A stretch of 64,000 bases of DNA, from the NCBI GenBank assembly GCA_003344405.1, contig NOWV01000017.1:186001-250000 (forward strand), read 5' to 3'. Both the position numbers and the translations under genes were made by a program. The first letter of the stretch is position 1; each line of letters opens with the position of its first letter. The stretch comes from Trichoplax sp. H2. Its lineage: Eukaryota. A model generated the notes under the pieces. That model did no database searches. It saw nothing but the letters and a program-made list of their open reading frames with translations, and had not been told where the DNA came from. Positions 26,067 through 39,426 of the stretch are shown here, in pieces.

Positions 26067-28867
26067 TTACGATTTTATTTCAAATTTGTCGTAAGAAGAC
26101 AATATTTCGGCTACCAGATTAAGAGCGTCAGCATCACTTAACAATTTTCTATGAATTAAAAACAAACAATAAACTTTACTTAAAATATAACTTACTACAT
26201 GTAATGTACGTTTATAAAAGTAAAGGAATGGAATCCATAAAAGTAGTGTGTATAAAATTTGAACAATGCTAGTGACTTACTTCACTGATTCCTTAGCGTT
26301 TTCCGCAATTTGATGCAGCTGTTGTGAAGCGAATTGAACATTTTCTTTAGCAGAAATCATGCCATGTAGTTGTTGTTTTAAGATCGCATTATTTGCTTTA
26401 ACTTCAATCAATTCCTTTTTTAGTTCAGCAACAACAGCTTCGGCATGAGTAGCTCTTTTCTATAATATCAAACAAATAGATTTTCTTCTTTATTTCAATT
26501 TAATTTCAAGTCAGTTTTAACATACTCGCCTCTTGTAGAATAATTTTATATCACATTACGAATTTATGGTACCAACTATGAATCCTGACGAAATTGATAC
26601 AATTACACCAGCCATACTGTACTCAATCTATTACCTAGTGAGTTAATGTCATAAAATCTAAGTGATGAACTCGGCTAAAACGTTCTTTTATGCTAACGAA
26701 TGTAAAATCTTTAACACCGATTTTAACGTTGTAAAGGTTAGCAAATACTCCGATGCTAATTAAACCATTGATTCAAATCATAGGCTATAATTATATTAAC
26801 AGTTTTCGCTAAGGAAACATAATATTTACGGTCGCTATTTGTAGGTTTTGTTCAATTTTTTCTGTAACTTGTTCAAGAGCAGCAGTCTCTTCAGCATCTT
26901 TCATTCTGATAAGTTTTAAATTTTCTTTTAATTTTGATACTCTATTATAACATAAACAGAAAATATTGCATTACTTTCAACGTAAATTTTCCTTCTTTAT
27001 TGACTTTAGGTAGAGCTTGCTTTTAGTTTCGGTAAACATATACTCGTATATAATATCATGTTTGCTTGTTTTAACATTCAATCGATGAAGCGTTGTTTAA
27101 AATACAATCTATAGTGATAGTTTTAGTATTATCAAAAAAAGAGGGCTATTGCAATTAAATAAAATGGCAATCATTGATCGCGTCTGTAAGATAACATACT
27201 GTGAAATAGATTCATCTCTCTCGGTTGTAATTTTCGCTATCTTTTTCTTTAAGTTTGAATTTTCAAGCCTTAACTGGAACAAGAACAGGATATAATTCAA
27301 AATAGTACTCCTTCATAATAGTAATATCAAGAAATTTATGCTTCGACAATATAATGCGCTATGACAATCTAGACGTGAAATCGGATCTAATAACAAATGT
27401 ACGATCGCGCTATAAATACGATAACGTGATCTAATCGCATTAACCGACAAGTGCACGCATCAGGCTCTCCGGTAGCTATTCATGCCCCTCTTCTTTTAAT
27501 TTATTTAATATTGCTAATCATGAATAGAGCTTGGCTATTACGTGATTAATGCCGTAAGCAATACGATAAAACACTCAGTAATGATAAACGGACGGTGAAA
27601 CTACTCTTATATTTCCTAAAAAACAATCGTGAATCTACCTTAATCACGTCGTCATCATCTTGAGAAAATATATCCAATTTACTGCCACTAGCTTTTTTGG
27701 ATTTATTCTTTTGCTTCTTTTTCGTCATTTCTGTTGTTTTATTTGTGCCTTCAAACGAAAACGGATTGACTTCTTCACCTTTTTCATCAGCTTTGAATAA
27801 AACGACAAGAATATTTTATCAAGATAGTATTCAAATTTTAAAGTAACATAATCATCCCAAGTACAACAAAACACGTAATGCATTTTTACTAATTATCCGT
27901 TAAAATCTATGAATCCCAACAGATCAATGAAATAGAGTACGGTTTCATTTTATACAATATTCAAATTTGCTAATGACATACACGTATGTTATCAATCAAT
28001 CGTTTAACCTCAATAATGTACATTTAGCAAGTCTACATTTATTGATATATTTCATATGGATTTGTAGCGCTTTAAGCTTTCAAGGTTTTATTAAATGAAT
28101 ATTGTATCTATCTCCTAATAGAATATCTCGATCTAGCAACTTTCTACTCGTATCTTCTGTCATTTGATATTGTATTTTAATTTATTTCTTAAGAATAGTG
28201 TTACTGATTCCTTACACGTTTTACTTGTTGCTAGCAATCGATACTGTTGTAACCAGCATCGTATGCGTCAGTAGTACGTTACGATTTCATTGATCGATGA
28301 GTAAGGATTGATAACATAGACATAGCAAGGGAATTCATCTCAGCTTCATAATCTGTACTGATGCTGTATATTATTACTATAGTTATAGTAATCATCCAAT
28401 GGAGCCTTCCTTAGTAATTATCTATCTACTATTAGTGCATTACGTTTGGCATGTTGCCCAACATGTAAATTGGCAGCAGATTTAAAGCAAAATGTCAGTC
28501 AGTATAGAATATCAGACAGTAAATCAGTATCTACTATGTCATACCTAATGTACTATTCTAAGCTTAGAAGTAAAGGATATTCTCATCGATTTGTAGATCA
28601 ATAAGCAGTATCATTGACTTAAAAAATTATCCACAGTATCTCTTCCACTGTTTACTTTTACTGCATACCTGCAAGGTCCTCTTCCAGCACTTGTGCGATA
28701 GTCATGCTATGACTTTTTGAATGACTGCTGTCGCTATCCGATACAGTTTCGTCTACGAACTGTTGACTCTTGACAAAATTGGTAAAAGAAAAGGGATTGG
28801 CCCGGCTGGGCAAACCTTCAGCGTTCTGTTGATTTTCATCATCTATCTGGTACTGGCTGTCCTCCAT
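26067..28867 (-). CDS. ENTR1: Endosome-associated trafficking regulator 1 (SDCCAG3)-like; 6 exons
   Basis: Two NPFSF motifs, coiled coil DAEETAALEQVTEKIEQNLQIATKRATHAE and C-terminal LLSDADALNLVAEILSSYDK resembling ENTR1; stop TAA at 26069-26067. Confidence 0.82.
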
Positions 28868-28999
28868 GGCTCTCAGCTCTTTCCACAGTTTTTCATTCCA
28901 TCCTTAACGACATCATTCATGGATGTACAGTATATTGGTAGCAACTCTAACACCACGTATACACTTTTATAATAATTATCTCTTGAGCTATAGCGACAG

Positions 29000-29283
29000 T
29001 GGCTGCACCTCAATATAAATCAATATGCTTCGAGAGTCTATAAGATTTACTCAACTCGAATTTGATCACTTCTTAAGCTTCCTAAGCTATCAATGGCTGC
29101 ACCTCAATATAAATCAATATGCTTTGAGAGTCTATAAGATTTACTCAACTCGAATTTGATCACTTCTTAAGCTTCCTAAGCTATCAATGGCTGATGCTTT
29201 CACCTCAATATAAATCAGTATGCTTTGAGAGTCTATAAGATTTACTTAACTCGAATTTGATCACTTCTTAAGCTTCCTAAGCT
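29000..29283. repeat. 3 tandem copies of a 94-bp unit in the ENTR1/BOP1 intergenic region
   Basis: Copies start at 29000, 29094 and 29188; the third has a 7-bp insertion. Confidence 0.95.
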
Positions 29284-29361
29284 GCCCAAAAGTCTGATGG
29301 CTATCGAATAATTCTTAACATTTGCTCTCCGCTGAATGAAATCCGAGGTGGTTGCCTTAGT

Positions 29362-29561
29362 AATACAGTACAGTACTGTACAGTGTACACTCTAGAAAAC
29401 GAACTTTTAACCATAATAATACTGTACAGTACAGTACACAGTTTTGTGCATCTGACTACAGTACTGTACCGTGCTGTACTGCATCACGTGAGCACAGTAC
29501 AAACCTACAGTACAGTACAAATCTACAGTACAGTACTGTAATGTTACAGTACTGAGTACTC
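29362..29561. promoter_or_regulatory. TACAG/CTGTA cluster with an E-box (CACGTG 29485-29490) in the ENTR1/BOP1 bidirectional promoter
   Basis: Dense TACAGTA/TACTGTA units plus TCACGTGA, about 125 bp upstream of the BOP1 ATG. Confidence 0.55.
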
Positions 29562-29615
29562 TGGCATCCCTGCAAGCATGCAACACCTGAATCCAGGAGA
29601 CCCCTTTTAACGGCG

Positions 29616-32600
29616 ATGATGGCTGATCACCAAGATAGCTCTGAATCAGATTATGGCGAGCTCGACAGTGAATTAATCGATTCGGTCTGTTCTTTAGCTT
29701 ATTTGAACATATTATTGCATGTATGCTATGATCTTAGCTAACATAGAACTTATAACATTAGGATGAGAGTGGCTCTGAAGAATTAGAAGATGATAATGTA
29801 ATGGATGACAGTTTAACAGACGAGGTAAGTCCCTTTGCAACATCTTTTATTTGTCCATCTTTTACACGATGTGTAGGATCGGCATACTGTATATTGTATT
29901 GATTCGCTATACGGGATAAGAAATGTGGTCAATGTCACTAGTAATAATCATGATATGGATAAAATCTGGCACCGATTATTACAAGAGATGTTTAAGATAT
30001 TTCTCTTTACCTATTAGGGTGATGCTAGCTTGGAAGAATCGGACAATCAATTAACAGACGAAGAGGTATAACTTTATTCATTTGATACCATGAAAGTGAT
30101 TATACTGTGAAGTACAGCAGGATAAAATGGAATGCAATAACTTGGTTGTTTCACTATGATCATATACAGTACAAACAATACCCTGTCAAAATTTCTATAT
30201 AATTAGGGTAATGCTAGCTTGGAAGAATTTGACGATAATTTAACGGACGAGGAGGTACGTACAACTTTGTCTTTATTCACCTGTAACTATGACAGTATGA
30301 AAGTGATAATGATACAGTGCAGTACAATGGATAGACGAATGGAAGTTTAACGAAGCCATTTGGTTATTCCTATATTTTTATGTGAAGTAATCTAGTGACA
30401 TGATAGTATATTGCTACTAGACTACTTTATGTGTTACTGCAGGTACATTGGTGCAGTTCTGATTTGAATCAATCTGTTCTAGGATATGGAAAAGGATATC
30501 CTTAGTGATGACAGTCAGGAAAATATTCAGGCGGTACCGGAAGAAGACTCCTCAGATGAAGAGGTTACTAACAATGACCTAAAATGTATCTTAAAAGTAT
30601 CTTTTAACGAAGGAAATAGCGAACCATATATATCGAGTTCTTTTATTTTGTAATACTTATACTGCGCTGCTCACCTCCAGATATTAAATAGACTGTACCT
30701 TGTATCGATCGTTAAAGTTTATGCTAAACTCTATTTTATAGCCACTGCGAACTCTTCACATATATTTTGAGGAGCTTATTCGATTGAATATCATTAGCTA
30801 TGCAGTATAGCTGTACTTCATATTATATGATAGCGTATCTTTCAATTTTGTACGTATAACTTTATTCATATATCATCACAAAGAATTGCTGTACAATAAT
30901 TTTGATGTAATCTCGGCAAGTAAATGATAGTGAACAAAACAATACTTTAACTTTGAATAATTTGCAGCCTATGTGTTGAATCGTTTAAAACCTAAAGCTA
31001 CATCAGATCTTTAATGCCGAAAGGGATATATTTGCAGTATACCAGTAACGAGATAATAATGCAGTATGTCTGCATTCGATGGATACTGTCATTTCTGTAA
31101 AGCTTCAAGTCTCAATGATTGTATATGTATTTATTGAACAGTTAATGCATAACCATAAATGTAGATGACAACAATTTAGATCGTCATAGCATATTTATTC
31201 TAATAATGGATTTGACGTGCAATTGACATTCTTTAATTTTATTTAATATAAATCGGTTAGCCACGAAATACCGTCGGCAATATCCCTATGAACTGGTACG
31301 ATGACTATCCACATATCGGTTACAACCTTGGAGGAAAGAAAATCCCGAAGCCACTGAAAACCGATGAAGTGAGTATGATACAAGTTCTAACTCAATTTCT
31401 TGATATACTGTTACTGATTGCTATTAGGTAATGTAATACCATGGAAATTGTTCTAAGAATTGTTTTATTGGCTTTAGCTGGACAATTTCTTAAAGAAAAT
31501 GGATGACCCAAATTTTTGGTATGGTGATTACCGTTAATATTGATATCGAACTCTTACTAACCTAAAAATTGCATCTCAGGAGAACTGTTACAGACAAAAC
31601 TACCGGAAAAGAGATAGTTTTAACCGATGAAGAGTTAGCATTAATTCAACGTATACAGGATGGAAACTTTCCTGATGCGTCTTACGATCCTTATCAAGTT
31701 GGTTATTATTCATTGCTTAGTATGTTGTACTTAGCGTACTCTTTTACGTGTGTCTAAATGCACCATTATTATAACTTCCGATAGCCATATGAAGACTTTT
31801 TCACTCGTGAACAATTGATTACTCCATTATCAAATAAACCTGAACCAAAATCAAAATTTATTCCATCTAAATGGGAACATAAAAGGGTATGGAGGTTGAT
31901 TGATAATTCAATGGTATCATTTTACGTTTTGCTAATATCAGAGAAAAATATTCTGTCGTCTAGGTTATGAAAATTGTAAGAGCTATTAGAAATGGATGGA
32001 TCAGACCAAGAGTTGAAAAGGACGCTAAACCACAATATTACCTATTATGGGACAAAGAAGGCCAGCAGGTAACATAGAAAATTGACATTTTAGAGATGGC
32101 ATAGATTAGTTATACTCAAACAAATTCATACTTGCAATCCCCACGGCACCGTAGAAAGATCATCCAATGCATATTCCTGCTCCGAAATTAAAAATGCCAG
32201 GTAGTTCACAGATGTATATTAAAAAATTTTATAATTATTTTATACACATGTCTGAGAAAAAGTCACTTTTATCCACCGTATTTTAAAAGGTCATGAAGAA
32301 TCCTATAATCCTCCACCGGAATACCTTCCGAATGAAAAAGAAGTCTGTACTTAATTCTAATAAGTGTGCAACTAGTGAAGTTATTATTAAGACATCCCTA
32401 TGACTTTCAATAAATAGATTCAAGCTTGGATTGAAAAGGATCCTGAAGATAGAGCTCTAAACTTTTTGCCTAAAAAGTATATTGATCATAGTGTTTATGT
32501 GATCTACTTCCATCTTACTCTATACAAGTTAGTGTAACCATGAAAGATTAAGGGTTTTTTTCCATTTCGATTATTTCTTCGTGCTCGTAGATACCAGAAT

Positions 32601-35057
32601 CTTAGAACAGTTCCCGCATACAATAAATTTATTCAAGAACGATTTGAAAGATGCCTTGATTTGTATTTATGCCCAAGACAGAAAAAAGACAGGGTAAAGC
32701 ACTTTATTATTAAAGCCCAGCGTTTCGCTTGTACACTTAGCTTGCTTCTCCTTAACTTTGAATCATTTTCATTTGATAGATACAAATTGACCCAGATGAA
32801 CTCTTACCAAAATTACCTAAACCAGCTGATCTCCAGCCATTTCCATCATCTGAACGAATTGTATATATTCTTTTGCTTAATTTATTCGGTCAAAAAATAA
32901 ATTTCGATAAATTTATCAAGCTACATATCTATTCCACAAGGTTTATAAGGGCCATACATCGATTGTTAGGAGTATCAGTCTTAGTCCTAGTGGTAGATGG
33001 TTGGTTTCAGGTCAGTTTATAAAATTATGGAATTTTTTTCACGTAATTTAAGAGTAGAATATCTAATAAATTAGTAAACTCTAACATTTTGTCGCGAAAT
33101 ATCAACAGGAAGCGATGACAAGACTGTTCGATTCTGGGATGTTGATATTGGTAGATGCATCAAAACCATTACATTTGAAGATTCAATTATGGTAGTATCC
33201 TGGTGCCCAAACCCGATGGTCAATTTGGTATTGATAGCTTGGTAAAATAATTACAATATGGATCTAACGCATATAACTAAGTACTGTATTAACGGATTGA
33301 TTTTTCTTAATGTAATCGAAGCGGTCAGCAAGTTAGGATTATTAATCCTGCTCTCACTGAAGATGATAAGGCTAAAACTAATGTAACAGATGAAGTCATA
33401 AAATCAATCCCAATAAGTAGTTCACAGGGTACTGAAAGTTTAGCAAATACTTGACCTTATGACTTATTAAATTTTATTAAACTTCCGTCATTAATTTTTG
33501 GTAAACTTGTGGTCTACGGTTAAATTCAGAATAAGCTTTTCTATAAAATTTTAGACAATTCGGCAAAGTGGATTATGTCGGATGAAAACAGCTACAGCAC
33601 GGGAGAGCGGATTGTCATTAAGTGTTCGAATGTAAATTGCAATAATTAATTAATAATAATTTCTAAAGATATGATACTCTAATACCTAGATTCATAAATA
33701 ACGTAACTGTTGAATGCTTCAGAATGTAGATTGTATTACATGGCATAATAAGGGCGACTATTTCGCTACTGTTCATCGAAAAGGTAAATTTGTTAACGTT
33801 AAATCGTTTTTGCTATTATTTCCAAAAATTTATTTTGTTATGAACTACCAATTTAAAATTTTCTAAAAGGAGGAAATAAGTCAGTACTAGTTCATCAGCT
33901 ATCAAAGGCCCGCACCCAAGTATGGTTAACCTTGATTTCGTTACTGCGATGTTCTATATAATTTTAGATGTTTTTTTGTCTATAATAAGCTGAATGGAAT
34001 GATAATAATTATATTTATAATCGTGTAGGTTCCATTTAAACGTTGCCGTGGCCTTGTGCAATGTGTTCAATTTCATCCTAATAAACCATTTATGCTTGTA
34101 GCGGTAGGAATTTTAAATCGGCAAATTGATGCGTTTTTGGCAACAACAATTGATGCAAAAGTGTATTAACTGCTAATCTCTTGATGTTTTAGACTCAAAC
34201 ATATATACGCATCTATAATTTGGTAAAGCAACAACTCGCTAAGAAGCTATCTAGTGGAGTAAAGTGGATATCGAGCTTAGCTGTCCATCCACAAGGTTAA
34301 ATTTAATGGATTGATTACCTTCAGTAGCTTCTAGTGTTAGAAAGATTGAAAGAAATATTACAGCTATCCCGTTATTGTTTCTTACAGGAGATAATATCAT
34401 CATTGGAAGTTACGATGCACGTTTATGTTGGTTTGATGTTGACTTGTCTACCAAGCCATATAAAACCTTAAGGTATTCATACACTGTATAAGCCATAGTA
34501 TTCTTTTACGTTTTCTAGTTTAGCTAATATGCATGTAGATCTAATGTCTAATTTAATATAAACTGTATTATGTTTCGTTGCTAAATAGGCAACATAAAAT
34601 GGCTATTAGAAGTGTGGTTTTCCATAAATGTTATCCCTTATTTGCATCTGCAAGTGACGATGGCACAGTAATAATTTGTCATGGCAGAGTTTTTAAGTAA
34701 ACGGAATTCATACTGAATAAAGTTTATATTCGTACAGTAAATGAGATCTTGTCGGTACTAAACTTTTATATAAATTTATGTGGTTACCAATCTAGTGACC
34801 TAATGCAAAATCCTCTAATAGTTCCTGTTAAAATTTTACGAAGTCATACCATTTCCAATGATCTCGGTTAGGGAGCGAAACATTAATACGTTTTTTTAAT
34901 CTAGTACTTATCCTTAGCATCAATATATAAATATGAAAGGTCTCATTTTTATTGTTTCTATTAATTATTGACAGGAGTTTTAGATTGCACTTTTCATCCA
35001 TCGGAACCTTGGCTATTGAGTGCCGGAGCTGACGGCACAATCAGATTATATTCATAA
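29616..35057 (+). CDS. BOP1: Ribosome biogenesis protein BOP1/Erb1 (PeBoW complex, WD40); spliced
   Basis: Acidic N-terminus, [115 protein letters not shown]; stop TAA at 35055-35057. Confidence 0.96.
30018..30365 (+). repeat. Tandemly duplicated 48-nt exon plus downstream intron in BOP1
   Basis: Exons 30018-30065 ([16 protein letters not shown]) and 30207-30254 ([16 protein letters not shown]); the following introns share ATGAAAGTGAT, AATGGAA and TTGGTT in the same order. Confidence 0.85.
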
Positions 35058-35510
35058 CTGCTAATTGGTAATATTCTACTATACGAACGAATATCATAAA
35101 CAGCTATATCAACGGTTACAATAGCCGGAATAAATTCCTTCTGTATGATAAAATTATATGATACATGAATAAAAGAAGTGTAGATCTTTTTTCTTACTTC
35201 TTTAGCGTATCTAGCCAATTATTAGAAAAAGCAAAACATTTTCCTTATTTCACCTAATTTTGGATATGAGATCTAAACAGCTTGTAAATAAGTTTTAATT
35301 ATACTGCTTCATTTAGCATTCTTTGAATGACGAACAGATTGTAGTGGTATCGCAACGACAATCTGTCAAGTTAATATTTATAAAGTCAGACAATGAAATA
35401 CTCACATTAAACATACATCAAGGCCGTAAGTACAATAATTCGAGATAAAGAATTGCTTCAGTTTTTCCAAAAGAAAATGAAGACAATTCCTACTTATAAC
35501 TAGAGTATTA

Positions 35511-38463
35511 TTAAATAAGTGTACAATCGCCTCCTTTTTGCCCTCCCTGCAATCTACCTTCTACTCTTTCAATTTCCTCTAAAGCGCCTAGAAATACTTG
35601 TATGGCACTCTAATGAAATAGAAAAATACGCGTATATAGTAGATTGAGATTTTTAATAATATGTCGGTGCTAACAGAAGTTAGAAAGGTATGATCTTCAT
35701 AGAATTAATAGTTCAATGTAGTCTTACAAAAAGCATACCTCATGACTTTTAGCAGTGGATTCTACAAATGTTGCATTCCATGAATTTGCAAGCTTTTTTC
35801 CATCTTCTGAACTAATAACTCTGAAAATAAGTTTGTTACAGCAAACGAATAAATGTCAGTGAAACAATCGCATATAAATAAAAACACCTCTGCGAAATGA
35901 TAGGTGTAAGGCTTACCTTTCCATGTGCAAATCGCTCTTATTGCCTACCAATATCATTGGAACACTGATAAAAATGGCGCAGATTTTAGAATGATTACAT
36001 TAGATGTACTGAAGTTTAGCTGTGAGCATTATAATAAAACATTTATTTGAGTAATGTTAATATCAAACTTACTGAGTCGTCCCGGTCATATCTAGTAATT
36101 TTTCTCGTACATCTTTAACTACTTCAAAGCTATTCAAAAGGCAGTAGTAATTATAGTTACTAAGACACATGCTATTGTAAGATCAATTTTAAAGCCAACT
36201 TATAGCAAGGAATATTCACCTCTTATTGCTAGTTATAGAATATACCAAGATGTAACCGTGAATATCCATAAAATAGGATTGTGGCAAGACTGCATACTCA
36301 TCCTGTTGCAAATTGTTCATCGCAAATGTAATTATTAGATAATATCGAAAGCTAGTAATTACAAATAACATGGTTTGTACGAGTGATAAAGATTTCATAA
36401 AGAGTACTTTTAGAATTACGGTACAAGATGAACGACAACAAGTTAAGGACAAATTTATTAAGTTAAAAGATTATTCTACTGTTACGACAAAAAGTCTTAC
36501 CTGGCCAGCCGTATCAACAATAGTTGTGCGATATTCTATCCCCCTGTGTTTAATAGTATGTTCAAAGGCTGCATAAAGAAAAGGACTAAAATTAAATTAT
36601 AATCTACTTGGTAGATCCTGTAGACTGAGTGTAGAGTTATGGTGTGTAACATGATAAATATCGCAAACTACTATTCAATGTACGTTATTACTGTCAGCTT
36701 TTCACAATCGTAAGTAGTTATCATAATGATTAAAGATATATTGAATTTAAATGTTAATGTCATGGTAAGACAATATAGCAAATTGAGGTACCAATAGCCC
36801 TAGTGACGATAATCATTACAGTAAGGCAAATTTCGACTACTCATCAAAGTTTAAAAAATATACGATTGTACTATCTTACAATGAAATATAACGTACTAAG
36901 GTATTTATGAAGTTAATTGAATAAACGAGATACGAATAAATAATTGATTGGAGGATAAAGCCTAAATCTTCTAGATAACAACTACAGCGAATTCTTAAGA
37001 TTGATAGTTGGTAGAGGTATTCTTCGATTACTGTAGTTTTTAAGCATAAGTTGCATGTCCAATACTTGTGGAATAACCCAGGCACTTTATAGCAGAAGCT
37101 ACGATAGAACTTTGTATGGGTAACAATTTTTGTATTCTAAGTTTAATGACTACTTTACATTACTGTCGATATGGAGTAAATCTTAGCATAACTTAGCAAA
37201 GAAACTTACACCCGCCAATAGTAGGATCGTAAGAGGCCACAAATTGATTATCAACCAATTGAATAATAAGAGAGGATTTCCCTAGTTAGTAAATAATATA
37301 ATGTTCATTAATAATTGCATTCTAGGAAGTATGTGCAAATAGTGAAAGAGAATCATCCACTGTTGTAGAAAATATTGTCACTTTCAGATTGAAAAAGAAT
37401 GGTTGCTGGGTTAATTGAATATTATACTGTCGTATTGGATTGCTGCCCAGGGGATATCAATTTTGTATACTTTACAATAATAACTCGTACGTCGTGATAA
37501 GCTGTTGATATGTCGTCTTTATCCATTGGATACTTACGTTACTCAAAGCTTCTATTTTGCAGTAAGACTAGATCACTGTAGGGTCTTGAAATTTAGCCAA
37601 TTTAGGTGTATTTCCTTGATTGGATTGAATTACAATTACAAATTGATCGATTTGTACACTCTATAATACAGTACAGACGTCCATTTCATCTTGCAATTGT
37701 GGTTGAATAAAAGGCTACAATGGAGTCTAAATAATGGATCAACTTGATGACTATTGAAGATCACATCCATTAAGTTTAATAGAAGCTAAAAGCTACGTTT
37801 ACCTCATCCTTAGCGATAGCAATTCTATCAAGAGGAATAAAAATGACCAATCATTCCAATTTACCCTATGATAAATACCTGGTGGTGCTCTATCGACTGG
37901 TGGAAACACGTTACAAGTACGAGAGCAGCATTGACGACAACATCAATGTCTGGATTTTTGGATTGCTACTGTACTCATCGTATGTCTATCTCGTTTTTCA
38001 TCGAAGAGGAAGGACACACTAAAGTGGAAATCATCATCCAGCAAGTCTAACAACTCATTTTGATGATCATTATCCTCCATCATGTGTTGATCGATAGTAG
38101 AATTATCGTATTCGATAAGTTTTTTTTTTTCAATAACGATTGACTAGATACGTTTATTTACCTCCGGTTGATTATCTAACAACATACGACTTGTCATCAC
38201 TGCACTAAAGTATCCATCCTACGTACGTACACCTGTAGCAGTATGGAACTCAGCCTGAAGAATACCGTCCCACTTGGTTGTTTTGTATTGGATATCAAGC
38301 CGAGCGAGACACAACTACTTTCAACTAGTTAAGTCATTATATTCATTCAATGGTGAAAGAAATGATCATTAATAGTGGTCATTGCTTATTCTAACTTGTC
38401 TTCTATCAACTTACCAACTTGCCGAAAACCTAATACACATAATTTTCTCGATTTAGGCGGCAT
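35511..38463 (-). CDS. RHEB: Rheb small GTPase (divergent); 8 exons
   Basis: MPPKSRKLCVLGFRQVGKSS (Rheb-type Arg in G1), YDPTI, DTAGQDEY, GYILVYSITS, KLLDMTG, LVGNKSDLHMERVIS, ESTAK and CAAX CTLI-stop. Confidence 0.92.
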
Positions 38464-38664
38464 GATAAATTATAACCAGTCTGAGTGAGGCAAAAACTTG
38501 CTGATGGCAATCAAGCACAGTAAAATTGAACTAGTCCAAAGACTCTAAACCATAATGACCGTCATAACAATCGGTTACTGTCCACTGTCCAATATACTGT
38601 AGTCCTACAAAGCGTACTGTACTGTCGACGTTTAGTACAGTACTTGATTTATTATCAAATTGAT

Positions 38665-39426
38665 CAAATGACACAACACTTGTACTGTACTGTACAGTAC
38701 AGTATATGTCATATACAGTACTGTACACTGTACACTGTACAGTATGGCGGCTACACTACTTCGCTTTATTAGGCTAGGTTAAAGTAGATCCAGATCGATC
38801 CCCCCCTTTTTTTTTTTTACTGTCATGGAGCTTAGGGGTAGTGATATCAACCATGAACTACCCAAAGAAAACTAGTAGTCTGTGCATCCACTGCACTAAC
38901 TAGCCAACCAACCGCAACGTTAACATGCACTAATAAGATGGTCTAGTAGTCCAGGGACTCCGGTGTAGTTACCGAACTGTACAGTATGTGTATGACGGCT
39001 ACACAACTTTGCTTTATTAGATCCCCCTTCCTTTTTTTTTACTGTCATGGAGTTTAGGGGACTACCCAAAGAAAACTAGTAGTCTACTGTATGTATCCAC
39101 TGTACTAACGAGCCAACCAACCGCAACGTTAACATGCATTAATAAGATGGCCTAGTAGTCCAGGACTCGGTATACAGTAGTTGGCAAATTTAGCAAATGA
39201 CACAACACTTGTACTGTACTGTATGTGTATATGGCGGCTACACTACTTCGCTTTATTAGATCCCCCCCCCTTTTTTTGGTTACTGACATGGAGTTTAGGA
39301 GTAGTAATATCAACCATGAACTACCCAAAGAAAACTAGTAGTCTGTGCATCCACTGCACTAACTAGACAACCAACCGCAACGTTAACATGCACTAATAAG
39401 ATGGCTTAGTAGTCTATGATTCGGTA
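38665..39426. repeat. Three diverged tandem copies (~200-300 bp) upstream of RHEB
   Basis: Shared core GGCTACAC...ACTACCCAAAGAAAACTAGTAGTC...CCAACCGCAACGTTAACATGCA at about 38665-38964, 38975-39172 and 39194-39426. Confidence 0.92.

Noticed and set aside
27470-27535. Intronic hairpin CTATTCATG/CATGAATAG as a snoRNA
   Set aside because: No convincing C/D or H/ACA boxes at the required positions.
37843-38050. Two overlapping ~60-aa + strand ORFs inside RHEB intron 1
   Set aside because: No recognisable motif or splice support; lengths are within chance.
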